NCBI GenBank assembly: GCA_020725385.1
Contig: DYFC01000017.1
Location: forward strand, 9,055 to 73,054
Source: Nitrospira japonica
Lineage (GTDB): Bacteria > Nitrospirota > Thermodesulfovibrionia > Thermodesulfovibrionales > SM23-35
Direction: 5' to 3'
Length of the DNA stretch: 64,000 nt
Part shown: piece after piece, positions 46,321 through 56,443 of the stretch
Layout of the letters: each line of letters starts with the position of its first letter
How positions within the stretch are numbered: the first letter of the stretch is position 1
The notes under the pieces: model-generated
Database searches by the model: none
Told to the model about the DNA's origin: nothing
Seen by the model: only the letters and a program-made list of their open reading frames with translations
Program-made: the position numbers and the translations under genes

Positions 46321-47149
46321 GAATTTTCTAAGAAAAGTATTTACCCCTGTAACTATAATGTTTGTTCCTCACAGTAAGACCGAACCTTTGAACTTCAAGG
46401 TGCCTTTTATAGGAATTTTTACAATTGTTATTCTATGTTGTTTTGGTATTGTATATATAAGTATTATTGCAGTTAATACTTATGAATACTATAGAATGAA
46501 AAATAAATTAAATTATTATTCTCAACAATTTACGGAACTAAATTCAACTATTACTTCATTAAAAAAAGCTGATGATGATTTCAGGCAGTTGTTTTCACTC
46601 AAAAATAGGGATAGAATCTTGGAGCACGCTGATGTTATCGATAGCGGCTCCATAGATTTAGATATGGAAAGCTTAAAGAAACAGATTAGCAAAACTATTG
46701 AAAATATAGATGAAATAAAAAAATATTTGCGTTCTGAAAGAGATATATATCTATCCACGCCAAAGGGTTTTCCTGTAAATGGTAATATATCTTCTCCATA
46801 TGGAATGAGAGAACATCCAAATACAGGTTACAGAGATTTTCATTCAGGGATAGATATTTCAACTGATTCCGGTACTCCTGTGAAAGCAACTGCGGATGGT
46901 ATTGTTACTTTTGCCGGTTGGAATGGTGGAAGCGGCAATCTTGTAGCTATTGAACATGGACATGGATTTTCTACCTTTTATGCACATAATCGGTCAATTA
47001 ATGTTAGAGTGGGACAAAAAGTAAAAAGAGGTGAGGTTATAAGTTATTCCGGTTCAACAGGAAATTCAACGGGACCACATGTCCATTATGAAATATGGAA
47101 AAATGGAAGAGCAGTAAATCCTTATGAATACATAAAAGGGAGGTCATGA
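46298..47149 (+). CDS. M23/LytM-family metallopeptidase with N-terminal TM and coiled coil
   Basis: HSGIDI...GTPV.A..DG...HGHG..T.Y.H...GSTGNSTGPHVHYE. Confidence 0.85.
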   Translation: MLDILKIKNFLRKVFTPVTIMFVPHSKTEPLNFKVPFIGIFTIVILCCFGIVYISIIAVNTYEYYRMKNKLNYYSQQFTELNSTITSLKKADDDFRQLFSLKNRDRILEHADVIDSGSIDLDMESLKKQISKTIENIDEIKKYLRSERDIYLSTPKGFPVNGNISSPYGMREHPNTGYRDFHSGIDISTDSGTPVKATADGIVTFAGWNGGSGNLVAIEHGHGFSTFYAHNRSINVRVGQKVKRGEVISYSGSTGNSTGPHVHYEIWKNGRAVNPYEYIKGRS

Positions 47150-47517
47150 TGTTTTCCCGTAATTCTGAAAAACTTGAGGCATTAATTGGTGTTAATACAG
47201 AATTTAGAGGCAATATTGACACAAAAGGAACTCTTAGAATTGATGGTATTTTCGAAGGAAATATTAATGCTGATTGGGTAATACTCGGTGAAAAAGCTTC
47301 AGTAAAAGGAGACATTGAATCAAGAGGCATTGTTGTTGGAGGAAAAATAGAGGGAAACTTAAAAGCAAAAGAAATAGTTGAGATAAAATCAAAAGGTCAG
47401 GTTTTGGGGGATATTCATACAACAAAGTTAACAGTGATTGAGGGTGGAATTTTCGATGGAAGGTCAACAATGATAAAAGAAGGATCGAATGTTGTTGAAT
47501 TCCAGGTAAAAAATTAA
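47146..47517 (+). CDS. Bactofilin (DUF583 polymer-forming cytoskeletal protein)
   Basis: Repetitive beta-helix pattern G.I...G.L.I.G...G.I. 4-nt overlap (ATGA) with the M23 gene. Confidence 0.85.
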   Translation: MMFSRNSEKLEALIGVNTEFRGNIDTKGTLRIDGIFEGNINADWVILGEKASVKGDIESRGIVVGGKIEGNLKAKEIVEIKSKGQVLGDIHTTKLTVIEGGIFDGRSTMIKEGSNVVEFQVKN

Positions 47518-47572
47518 TTAGCCTAAAATGCAGTTTGAGAATTCTGTATAAAGTTCAGATAATATAAAAAAT

Positions 47573-47600
47573 GAGGGTAGTTTTAGCTACCCTCTTTTTG
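47573..47600. terminator. Rho-independent terminator (bidirectional)
   Basis: gagggtag-ttttag-ctaccctc followed by ttttt. An A-run upstream gives the same structure on the other strand for the convergent dehydrogenase gene. Confidence 0.6.
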
Positions 47601-47693
47601 CCTCTGGATTGCACCCGATAACCCAGAGCATATACGGTGTTTGACCCACTTAAATTATGTTAGCATATGCTTTAATATGTGTCAACAATAATA

Positions 47694-49004
47694 TTATGCT
47701 TTGATTATTTTTTTACTTTTGATATTTTTAATGGCATTTCTTGTATCAATTATAAGTGAACTGTTTTTTAGAATGAAATGGTAATTATATTTTGAATGGT
47801 CTGTAACTATTACAACACAGTCATATTGTTTAAGCTTTCTTTCTGTTAATGGAACACTTTTCATAGAAAGTTCAGGATAATGTCTCATGCCTGAAAATGA
47901 AGGAATATACGGGTCATTATAATCAACTTTTGCCCCTTTGTCTTTTAAGATGCTTATTATTTCAACTGCAGGTGATTCGCGGATGTCATCAGTGTCTTTT
48001 TTGTAAGCAACTCCGAGAATTAGGATTTTTGATTTTTTTAAGCATTTGCCATGCATGTTTAATCCATCTAAAATTTTTGAGACTACATATTCTGGCATAC
48101 TTGTATTTATTTCGCCAGCAAGTTCTATAAAGCGGGTGTTAAAATCATATTCCTTTGCTTTCCATGATAAATAAAAAGGATCAATCGGTATGCAATGACC
48201 TCCTAGCCCGGGTCCGGGATAGAATGGCATAAAACCAAAAGGCTTTGTTGATGAAGCATCTATAACTTCCCAAATATCGATTCCCATTTTATCAGAGAGG
48301 ATTTTTAGTTCATTTACAAGTGCGATATTTACACTTCTGAATATATTTTCAAGTAGCTTTGTAAATTCAGCAACTTCAGGAGAGGAAACCGGAATAATTT
48401 TATTAATAACCTGTTCATATAAGACTCTACCTATTTCTGTGCAATATCTGCTTATACCTCCGACTACTTTCGGAATATTTTTAGTGTTAAATTTTGGATT
48501 ACCAGGGTCTTCTCTTTCTGGAGAAAAAACTAAGTAAAAGTCTTTTCCGACTTTTAATCCTTTTTTTTCAAATTCTGGAAGAAGTATTTCCCTTGTAGTT
48601 CCAGGATATGTTGTACTTTCAAGAGATATCAGATGATTTCTTCTTAAATATTTAGCAATTTCAAGTGTAGTATTTTTGATATAACTTAGATCAGGTTCTT
48701 TGTTCTTTTTTAAAGGTGTTGGAACGCAGATTATTATACAATCTGTATTCCTGAGCCTTGAATAATCTGTTGTAGCTTCAAATAATTTTTTTTCTCTGAC
48801 AGCCAAAATATTCTCAGAAGGAATATGTTTTATATAACTTATACTATTATTGAGTTTCTGAACTTTTTTTATATCAATATCAAATCCTGTTACTTTAAAT
48901 TGCTCCTGTGAAAAACGAATACATAATGGAAGTCCAACATAGCCAAGGCCGATAACACCAACAGTTGCTTCTCTGTCCTTTATTTTCTGAATTAAATTTT
49001 TCAA
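47694..49004 (-). CDS. Nucleotide-sugar dehydrogenase (WbpA/WecC-like UDP-N-acetyl-hexosamine 6-dehydrogenase)
   Basis: N-terminal GVIGLGYVGLP Rossmann motif and catalytic GGHCIPIDP. Confidence 0.85.
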   Translation of the reverse strand: MKNLIQKIKDREATVGVIGLGYVGLPLCIRFSQEQFKVTGFDIDIKKVQKLNNSISYIKHIPSENILAVREKKLFEATTDYSRLRNTDCIIICVPTPLKKNKEPDLSYIKNTTLEIAKYLRRNHLISLESTTYPGTTREILLPEFEKKGLKVGKDFYLVFSPEREDPGNPKFNTKNIPKVVGGISRYCTEIGRVLYEQVINKIIPVSSPEVAEFTKLLENIFRSVNIALVNELKILSDKMGIDIWEVIDASSTKPFGFMPFYPGPGLGGHCIPIDPFYLSWKAKEYDFNTRFIELAGEINTSMPEYVVSKILDGLNMHGKCLKKSKILILGVAYKKDTDDIRESPAVEIISILKDKGAKVDYNDPYIPSFSGMRHYPELSMKSVPLTERKLKQYDCVVIVTDHSKYNYHFILKNSSLIIDTRNAIKNIKSKKIIKA

Positions 49005-50410
49005 TGGGGTTTTCTCCCATAAATATCATCCAATCTCACAATATCATCTTCTCCTACATATTCGCCATTTTGAACTTCTATTATTTCAAGAGGAACTTTA
49101 CCAGGATTTTCAAGCCTGTGAAGGGTTGATTTAGGAACATAGATTGACTCATTTTCATGGATATAACTCTCTTTGTCTCCAATAGTTACCTTTGCCGCTC
49201 CTTTTATTACCACCCAATGTTCCGAGCGATGATAGTGCATTTGAAGGCTGAGTCTTTCTCCCGGATTAACAACTATTCTTTTTATCTTATATCTTGTACC
49301 TTCTTCAAGAATTGTATAGCTGCCCCATGGTCTATAAGTAGTTAAATGTTCAAGAGCTTCTTTTCTTTTACTATTATTAAGAGTCTTCACTATTTCACGA
49401 ACTTTCTGTGTCTCACCTTTTTTAGCGATCAACACAGCATCATCAGTGTCTATTATAAGACAGTCTTCAATGCCTATTGTAGAAATAAGCCTTTTATTGC
49501 TGATTATTAGAGTATCCTTAGTATCAACAGTAATAGTATCACCCATTTTTACATTGCCTTTTTCATCTTTATTAGCAACATCATAAAGTGAATCCCATGA
49601 ACCAATATCATTCCAATAAATATCAAGAGGTAGTACAGTCATTTTATCGGATTTTTCTGCAATAGAATAATCGAGTGAAATATCAGGCATCTCATCAAAT
49701 CTTTCAACTAATTCATCGAATCCTAACTCATACATATTAGCAATTTCTGGAGCGTATTTTTTGAACTCTTTTTGCATTGTCCTGATTTTAAATGCAAACA
49801 TACCTGAATTCCAGTAATAATTGCCATCTTTTATATATTTTTCAGCTGTTTTAGTATCAGGTTTTTCAGTAAATTTATCTACTTTAAAAAATACTTGATT
49901 TCTTTGATGTCCCTTGTTTTCTACCTTTATATAACCGTAACCTGTTTCGGGTCTTGTTGGCTTTAGTCCAAATGTAACAATATAACCTTTACGGGATATT
50001 TCTTCTGCTGTTTTTACATATTCTGAAAACTTTTCAGCCGGTCTTATCATATGATCTGAAGGAGAAACGAACAATACTTCGTCCTCTGCAGTTCCAAGCT
50101 TATCAAGACAATATTTCATGCCCAAGGCTATTGCAGGTGCTGTATTCCTTCCAACCGGTTCGAGAATAATATTATTTACCGTTTTTTTACTATTGGATAT
50201 AGAATTAAGATCGGAAATAACGTGAAATTTATATTCATTGTTAGTCATTACAATTATGTCTTCAGGTGAAAAAATATTCAAAAGCCTTTTAATAGTTTGC
50301 TGTAATAGAGAGTTGTTGTCACCTAATTTCAAAAATTGTTTCGGGAAATTTTTCCTGCTCAAAGGCCATAACCTTGTGCCAGACCCCCCCGCGAGAACTA
50401 AAGCTTTCAA
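49001..50410 (-). CDS. manC: Mannose-1-phosphate guanylyltransferase / mannose-6-phosphate isomerase
   Basis: [14 protein letters not shown] at the N-terminus. C-terminal cupin with RPWG.Y and QMH.HR.EHW. Confidence 0.9.
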   Translation of the reverse strand: MKALVLAGGSGTRLWPLSRKNFPKQFLKLGDNNSLLQQTIKRLLNIFSPEDIIVMTNNEYKFHVISDLNSISNSKKTVNNIILEPVGRNTAPAIALGMKYCLDKLGTAEDEVLFVSPSDHMIRPAEKFSEYVKTAEEISRKGYIVTFGLKPTRPETGYGYIKVENKGHQRNQVFFKVDKFTEKPDTKTAEKYIKDGNYYWNSGMFAFKIRTMQKEFKKYAPEIANMYELGFDELVERFDEMPDISLDYSIAEKSDKMTVLPLDIYWNDIGSWDSLYDVANKDEKGNVKMGDTITVDTKDTLIISNKRLISTIGIEDCLIIDTDDAVLIAKKGETQKVREIVKTLNNSKRKEALEHLTTYRPWGSYTILEEGTRYKIKRIVVNPGERLSLQMHYHRSEHWVVIKGAAKVTIGDKESYIHENESIYVPKSTLHRLENPGKVPLEIIEVQNGEYVGEDDIVRLDDIYGRKPH

Positions 50411-50424
50411 TTTATAACCTCCGG

Positions 50425-51837
50425 TTACTTATAAAATTTTATACATTTATTTAATTCGTTTTCCATAAACTTTTTGTAGATATTCAAAGATTCCCGATCT
50501 TCAGCTTCAAAACGCATAACTATAACAGGCTGTGTATTACTTGTTCTTACAAGTCCCCATCCTTTCTCAAATACCACTCTTACACCATCTATGTCATAAA
50601 TTCTCTTAACTGGAAAAGGACTTTGTCCTGAAGAGATATAATTTCTAAATCTATCAACAAGTCTATCAACAATTTTTTTCTTCATATTTTCTTCGCATTC
50701 AAGGCGAATTTCCGGAGTATGATGTAATTGAGGGATTCCTGATAACAATTTCTTCAAATTCAAGCCGGTTTTTTTCATTATTTCGATAATTCGGAAAGAT
50801 GTATATAATGCATCGTCAAAACCAAAATAATCATCAGCTATAAAAATATGTCCGCTGAATTCTCCTGCAAGAATTGCTTTTTCTTCTTTCATTTTGTTTT
50901 TTACAAGAGAATGTCCTGTTTTCCACATTATGACTTTTCCACCATTTTTTTCAATATCTTCAAATACTGATTGAGAACATTTTACATCTCCTATAAAGAC
51001 TGAACCTGGCAATCTTTTTAGAATATCTCTTGCAAGTATAACCATTAATTGATCTCCCCATATAATATTACCATTATCGTCAATTACACCAATACGATCA
51101 GCATCTCCGTCATATCCTATTCCGATATCTGCTTTTTCTTCGATAGTAGTATGAATCAGATCTTTTATATAATCTACTACAGTGGGATCCGGATGATGAT
51201 TTGGGAATCTACCATCGGGTTCACAATAGAGTTGGATTACTTCACACCCCATTGATTGAATTATCTCAGGACTTACTATACCTCCGGTACCATTTCCTGC
51301 ATCAATAACTACTTTTAATTTTCTATAATCATTACTGGAAAGATAAGAAAACTTTTTTTTCATGAAGTCTTTATATGCGGTATTTATCTCGAAATACTCC
51401 ATATATCCTTTGACTTTATTATTTATAAATACCTTTTCTTCGATAATATATTTGAGTTCCTGTATCTTTTCTCCAAAAATTGTATCTTTGCCAACACTAA
51501 TTTTAAAACCATTGTATTCTGGTGGATTATGACTTCCTGTTACCATTATGCCACCATCAAGATTTAGATGAAAGATTGAAAAATATTGTAGAGGGGTAGG
51601 GCATAAACCTATATCATATACATTTATGCCTGTTCCAATAATACCTCTGATAACAGAATTAGCCAATGATTCAGAACTGAGTCTTCCATCCCTGCCAACA
51701 CTTACCCATTTTGCATCAGGATTTACTTTTTTAAGATAAGTTCCAAAAGCAAGGCCGAGATTATAGGCAAAGTCTTCATTTATATCTTTCCCTGAAATAC
51801 CACGAATATCGTATTCTCTAAAGATGTTCTTATCCAT
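50425..51837 (-). CDS. manB: Phosphomannomutase/phosphoglucomutase
   Basis: TGSHNPPEYNG active-site loop, DGDADR metal loop, GEFSGH sugar loop. Confidence 0.9.
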   Translation of the reverse strand: MDKNIFREYDIRGISGKDINEDFAYNLGLAFGTYLKKVNPDAKWVSVGRDGRLSSESLANSVIRGIIGTGINVYDIGLCPTPLQYFSIFHLNLDGGIMVTGSHNPPEYNGFKISVGKDTIFGEKIQELKYIIEEKVFINNKVKGYMEYFEINTAYKDFMKKKFSYLSSNDYRKLKVVIDAGNGTGGIVSPEIIQSMGCEVIQLYCEPDGRFPNHHPDPTVVDYIKDLIHTTIEEKADIGIGYDGDADRIGVIDDNGNIIWGDQLMVILARDILKRLPGSVFIGDVKCSQSVFEDIEKNGGKVIMWKTGHSLVKNKMKEEKAILAGEFSGHIFIADDYFGFDDALYTSFRIIEIMKKTGLNLKKLLSGIPQLHHTPEIRLECEENMKKKIVDRLVDRFRNYISSGQSPFPVKRIYDIDGVRVVFEKGWGLVRTSNTQPVIVMRFEAEDRESLNIYKKFMENELNKCIKFYK

Positions 51838-51840
51838 TTT

Positions 51841-52833
51841 TTAACTATATACTTTCTTCCAGTATTTTCTTAAAAATTTAAGTTTACGTTTTACCCAATC
51901 TAAGTTTTGTATGTACCATTTAACAGTTTTTTCAATTCCTACATCGAAAGTTACTTTTATATCCCATCCTGTTTCATTACGGATTTTTGATGAATTTAAA
52001 GAATACCTGAAATCGTGTCCAGGTCTGTCTTTAACAAATTCAATAAGACTATAGTCTTTTTCGAGCAAGTCTAATATTTTCTTAACAACTTCAATATTTT
52101 TCTTTTCCTGACCGCTCCCAACATTATATATTTCTCCTGCAATTCCTTTATTTATAATTTTAAAAATTGCTTCGGCACAATCAGAAACATAAAGCCATTC
52201 CCTTATATTTTCACCTTTACCATAAACTGGAATCTTTTCGTTATTTAATGCTTTTAAAATCACAACAGGTATAAGTTTTTCAGGATATTGCCATGGACCA
52301 TAATTATTTGATGGCCTGACTGTTATAACAGGAAGTCCATATGTTCTGAAATATGCTCTCCCAAGCATATCTGCTGATGCTTTGCTTACTGAATATGGGG
52401 AATTTGGATTAATTGCGCTTGTCTCGGTGAAATGCCCATTATAACCGAGTTCTCCATAAACTTCATCGGTGGAAATATTAATAAATTTTTTAATGCATTT
52501 TTCTTTTGATACATCCAGAAGAACTTGAGTGCCTTTAATATTTGTATCAATAAAAGGTGAAGCATTAAGAATACTTCTATCAACATGACTCTCTGCAGCC
52601 CAATGAACAACAATATCAGGTTTGAATTTATCGAAAATAATTCTTAAAGTTTTTATATCAGTAATGCTTCTTCTGTGAAAATCAATTTTATCAATGATAT
52701 TTTTAAGACGTTCCAAATCACCGGCGTAACTGAGATTATCAACTACAGCTATTGAGTAACCCTTTTTTACTCCTGATCTTACAAATTCACTACCTATAAA
52801 ACCTGCTCCACCTGTAACAAGAATTCTTTTCAT
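51841..52833 (-). CDS. rfbB: dTDP-glucose 4,6-dehydratase
   Basis: VTGGAGFIGS, STDEVYG, YSVSKA motifs. Confidence 0.9.
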   Translation of the reverse strand: MKRILVTGGAGFIGSEFVRSGVKKGYSIAVVDNLSYAGDLERLKNIIDKIDFHRRSITDIKTLRIIFDKFKPDIVVHWAAESHVDRSILNASPFIDTNIKGTQVLLDVSKEKCIKKFINISTDEVYGELGYNGHFTETSAINPNSPYSVSKASADMLGRAYFRTYGLPVITVRPSNNYGPWQYPEKLIPVVILKALNNEKIPVYGKGENIREWLYVSDCAEAIFKIINKGIAGEIYNVGSGQEKKNIEVVKKILDLLEKDYSLIEFVKDRPGHDFRYSLNSSKIRNETGWDIKVTFDVGIEKTVKWYIQNLDWVKRKLKFLRKYWKKVYS

Positions 52834-52839
52834 GGTTTA

Positions 52840-53697
52840 CTAAATATCTTCCTTTTTATATAGAGTTTCAATATATCTATCAATACCTGTTTTCCAATCA
52901 GGTATATCAACATTTAAAGCTCCGGAAAGCTTCTTATTAGACATTGCTGAAAAAAAAGGCCTTTTTGCAGGAGATGGAAAGTCATTTGAATTTGCCGGTA
53001 GAACAAGATTTTCTAAGCCTGCACGTTCTATGAAGTATCTTGCCACCTCATATCTCGAAGCATATCCGCTGTTTGTTAAGTGATAAACTCCACGAAGTCT
53101 TTTATTTATCGAAAAAAGCGTTAGGCTGACAATATCGTTGGTGTAAGTTGGAATGGAAATCTGGTCACATACTATCTTAAGAACTTTATTATTTTTAGCC
53201 CAATCCAATAACTTTGATAAGAAATTTTGTCTTCCTTGACCAAAAACCCAGCTAACTCTGAATAAAAGAAAATTATTCATGGTATCCTGAAGATATTTTT
53301 CACCTAATAATTTACTTTGCCCATATTTATTCAGGGGATTAGGTTCATCATCTTCATTATAAAAGTCTCTCTTCAACCCATCAAAAATATAGTCTGTACT
53401 GTAATGAACAAGCAAAATATTGTTCTTTTTACATGCAATGGCAAGATTCATAACACCTTCTGCATTTACTCGGAGAGCTATTTCATAATCATCTTCAGCC
53501 TTATCAACAAAATTATACGCTGCACAATTTAATACAATATCAGGTTTATTTTCCTCTATTTTTTTTAGGACAGCATCCATATTTGAGATGTCAAGACTTG
53601 CCTTATCAAAAGAACAATAATCATGTCCAAAATCTTTTAAATATTCAGGAAATTCTTTTGCAAGCTGTCCGTTAGCCCCTGTGATTAAAAATTTCAT
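52840..53697 (-). CDS. rfbD: dTDP-4-dehydrorhamnose reductase
   Basis: ITGANGQL, STDYIFDG, YGQSKLLGE motifs. Confidence 0.9.
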   Translation of the reverse strand: MKFLITGANGQLAKEFPEYLKDFGHDYCSFDKASLDISNMDAVLKKIEENKPDIVLNCAAYNFVDKAEDDYEIALRVNAEGVMNLAIACKKNNILLVHYSTDYIFDGLKRDFYNEDDEPNPLNKYGQSKLLGEKYLQDTMNNFLLFRVSWVFGQGRQNFLSKLLDWAKNNKVLKIVCDQISIPTYTNDIVSLTLFSINKRLRGVYHLTNSGYASRYEVARYFIERAGLENLVLPANSNDFPSPAKRPFFSAMSNKKLSGALNVDIPDWKTGIDRYIETLYKKEDI

Positions 53698-53727
53698 AAA
53701 ATCTTATAAAAGTAATGAAGATTAATG

Positions 53728-54282
53728 TTAATAAACAAAATTATTATCTGCTTCCTTCAAATAAGGATGCTTTTTATCTTTTTCTGAAAGTATAGGTTCT
53801 AATATAGGCCAGTTAATATTTATATCAGGATCATTCCATATTATACCTCTATCACAAACAGGGGAATATTCTCTTGTGCATTTATAAAGAACTTCAGCAG
53901 TTTCTGAGATTACAACAAAACCATGTGCAAAACCTGATGGGACATAGAGCATTAACCTGTTTTCTCCTGATAACTCAACTCCAATCCATTTTGAATAATA
54001 AGGTGAATTTTTACGTATATCCACTACAACATCAAATATTTTACCTCTTAAGCACTGAACAAGCTTTGCCTGAGCATCGGGATTTTTTTGATAATGAAGT
54101 CCGCGCAAAACCCCTTTATATGAAAATGAGAAATTATCCTGTAAAAAGTATTCTTTGATTCCAGCTTTTAGAAAGTCTGAATATTTGTAAGTCTCAGCAA
54201 AATACCCTCTTGAATCAGAAAAAATTTCAGGTGTTATTAAAATTACTCCCGGGATTTCTAATTGCTTAAAAGTAAATGGCAT
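53728..54282 (-). CDS. rfbC: dTDP-4-dehydrorhamnose 3,5-epimerase
   Basis: D.RG.F.E, LRGLHYQ, KLV.C..G...DV.VD.R motifs. Confidence 0.9.
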   Translation of the reverse strand: MPFTFKQLEIPGVILITPEIFSDSRGYFAETYKYSDFLKAGIKEYFLQDNFSFSYKGVLRGLHYQKNPDAQAKLVQCLRGKIFDVVVDIRKNSPYYSKWIGVELSGENRLMLYVPSGFAHGFVVISETAEVLYKCTREYSPVCDRGIIWNDPDININWPILEPILSEKDKKHPYLKEADNNFVY

Positions 54283-54286
54283 ATAT

Positions 54287-55159
54287 TTATTTAATCAATC
54301 TCATTAAATATTTTCCGTATTCATTCTTATTAAGATTTTGGGCAAGTTTAATTAACTGTTCCTTATTTATGTAACCTAATTTAAAAGCTATTTCTTCAAT
54401 ACATGCAATCTTAAGCCCCTGTCTTCTCTCGATTGTTGCTATAAATTCACCTGCTTCAAGAAGGCTTTCATGTGTCCCTGTGTCAAGCCATGCAAAACCT
54501 CTACCCATTAATTCTACCCTTAATTTTTTATTTTTCAGGTATTCTTTGTTTACATCTGTTATTTCAAGTTCTCCTCTATGTGAGGGTTTTATTCTTTCTG
54601 CGATACAAATTACTTGATTATCATAGAAATAGAGTCCTGTAACCGCATATTTTGATTTTGGAGTTTTTGGTTTTTCTTCGATTGAAAGAACATTACCGTT
54701 TTCATCAAACTCTACAACCCCGTATCTTTCAGGATCATTTACATAATATCCAAATACTGTGGCTCCTCCAAGATTCTCAATATCAGAATATGCTTTTTTC
54801 AGTAAATTTGTGAAACCATGACCGTAAAATATATTATCTCCAAGAACAAGGCAAACATTATCATCTTTTATGAATTCCTTAGCGATTATGAATGCCTGGG
54901 CAATTCCACCGGGATGTGGCTGTTCTTTGTATGAAAAATTCAGACCAAGATTTTCTCCTGTCCCAAAAATCTGGATAAAGCGGGGCAAATCAGCAGGTGT
55001 TGAAATGATAATAATATCCCTTATCCCTGCGAGCATTAAAACAGATAAGGGATAATAAATCATCGGTTTATCGTATATAGGTAACAACTGTTTACATACC
55101 CCTAAAGTAATGGGGTATAATCTTGTTCCGCTTCCGCCTGCTAAAATTATGCCTTTCAT
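54287..55159 (-). CDS. rfbA: Glucose-1-phosphate thymidylyltransferase
   Basis: [29 protein letters not shown] motifs. Confidence 0.9.
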   Translation of the reverse strand: MKGIILAGGSGTRLYPITLGVCKQLLPIYDKPMIYYPLSVLMLAGIRDIIIISTPADLPRFIQIFGTGENLGLNFSYKEQPHPGGIAQAFIIAKEFIKDDNVCLVLGDNIFYGHGFTNLLKKAYSDIENLGGATVFGYYVNDPERYGVVEFDENGNVLSIEEKPKTPKSKYAVTGLYFYDNQVICIAERIKPSHRGELEITDVNKEYLKNKKLRVELMGRGFAWLDTGTHESLLEAGEFIATIERRQGLKIACIEEIAFKLGYINKEQLIKLAQNLNKNEYGKYLMRLIK

Positions 55160-55245
55160 TTTGTATTTTATTTTACATTACATTAATAAATATTAAAATA
55201 CCTTGTTATTCACATTATTTCAAATTTTGTGATAAGATTAGTCTG

Positions 55246-56106
55246 ATGAAAATAATTGATATTCATACTCATGGGATTGGCGGGTATGACACAAGAACTA
55301 CAGATTTTAAACACCTCTTAAACATAGCACATCTTCATGGCTTAAAAGGTGTAGAAGAAATTCTCCTTACAATTTATCCAGCAACAATCAAATTAATGCG
55401 TGAGAACATGGAAAATATAAGAAAAGCTATGGAAATACAAAATCAATTAATTGATAATGGTTCTAAAATTATTGGAATTCATCTTGAAGGTCCTTTTCTT
55501 AATCCTGCCTATTGTGGCGCTTTAAATGCTATGACTTTTCTTGAACCTTCTGAAAAATTATTTTATGAATTGGTGGAAGGTTATGAAAATATTATTAAGA
55601 TTATAACAATTGCACCGGAACTTGATGGTGCTCCTGAACTTATTAAAAAAATTTCCGACATTGGAATCATGGTAAACATGGGACATTCAGAGGCAACATA
55701 CAATGAAGCTGAAAATGGATATAATCATGGGGCAAAAGGAGTTACACATATATTCAATGCCATGAAAGGGTTACACCATAGGGAACCGGGGCTTGCAGGT
55801 TTTGGTTTGTTAAATAAGGATGTTTTTATAGAAATGATTGCTGACCCTTTTCATCTTAGTGAAAAAACAATCGAATTAATTTTTAAAGTTAAAGACCCTG
55901 AAAAAATAATTATTGTTTCCGATTCTGTAAAAGAGACAGAAACTTATCCGGAAAACAAAGGGATATATAGCAATTATGGCAAATTGCTCGGTGGTAGTAT
56001 GACTATAACTGAGTCTGCAAAAAGGCTAATTGATTCAGGATATGAAAAAGAAATAATAATGAATTGCATCACATCAAACCCAAAAAAATATTTAGAAAGG
56101 GAGTAA
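55246..56106 (+). CDS. NagA-like amidohydrolase (N-acetylglucosamine-6-phosphate deacetylase family, lacking the N-terminal beta-sandwich)
   Basis: IDIHTHGIGGYD, GIHLEGPF, ITIAPEL, MGHSEAT, THIFNAM, ADPFH match the NagA metal/catalytic motifs. ATG 55246 is preferred, because the track start at 55123 overlaps rfbA and encodes low-complexity sequence. Confidence 0.6.
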   Translation: MKIIDIHTHGIGGYDTRTTDFKHLLNIAHLHGLKGVEEILLTIYPATIKLMRENMENIRKAMEIQNQLIDNGSKIIGIHLEGPFLNPAYCGALNAMTFLEPSEKLFYELVEGYENIIKIITIAPELDGAPELIKKISDIGIMVNMGHSEATYNEAENGYNHGAKGVTHIFNAMKGLHHREPGLAGFGLLNKDVFIEMIADPFHLSEKTIELIFKVKDPEKIIIVSDSVKETETYPENKGIYSNYGKLLGGSMTITESAKRLIDSGYEKEIIMNCITSNPKKYLERE

Positions 56107-56110
56107 ATTA

Positions 56111-56317
56111 ATGTCAGAGAAAGTTATTATTTATGGAAAGCCGGGTTGACCATATACAAAAAAAGCACTTGATGCTTATGGAGATAATGTTGAATATTAT
56201 GATGTGAAAGCAGATGATAAAAATATGGAGAATATGCTAAAGATTTCAGGCGGAATAAGAAAAGTGCCTGTAATAGTAGAAAAAGGTAAAGTTACGGTAG
56301 GATTTGGTGGTGCATGA
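56111..56317 (+). CDS. Glutaredoxin-like selenoprotein (in-frame TGA = Sec at 56147..56149; UxxT redox motif)
   Basis: My translation: MSEKVIIYGKPG-U-PYTKKALDAYGDNVEYYDVKADDKNMENMLKISGGIRKVPVIVEKGKVTVGFGGA*. The thioredoxin-fold pattern (VPV...G..V.GF) continues after the TGA. A candidate SECIS hairpin lies at 56150..56181. Confidence 0.7.
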
Positions 56318-56328
56318 ATTGTTTAATA

Positions 56329-56346
56329 ATTTAGCGGCAGCTAAAT
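56329..56346 (+). terminator. Hairpin after the selenoprotein gene (weak terminator candidate)
   Basis: atttagc-ggca-gctaaat forms a perfect 7-bp stem, but no clear T-run follows. Confidence 0.25.
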
Positions 56347-56443
56347 AAAACAAAAATTTGCAGATTATTTATGCTTATCATACATAATGGCAATTCTTGG
56401 AGCTTCATCCTGAATAAATCCAGTAAATATGATTAAATAAAAT

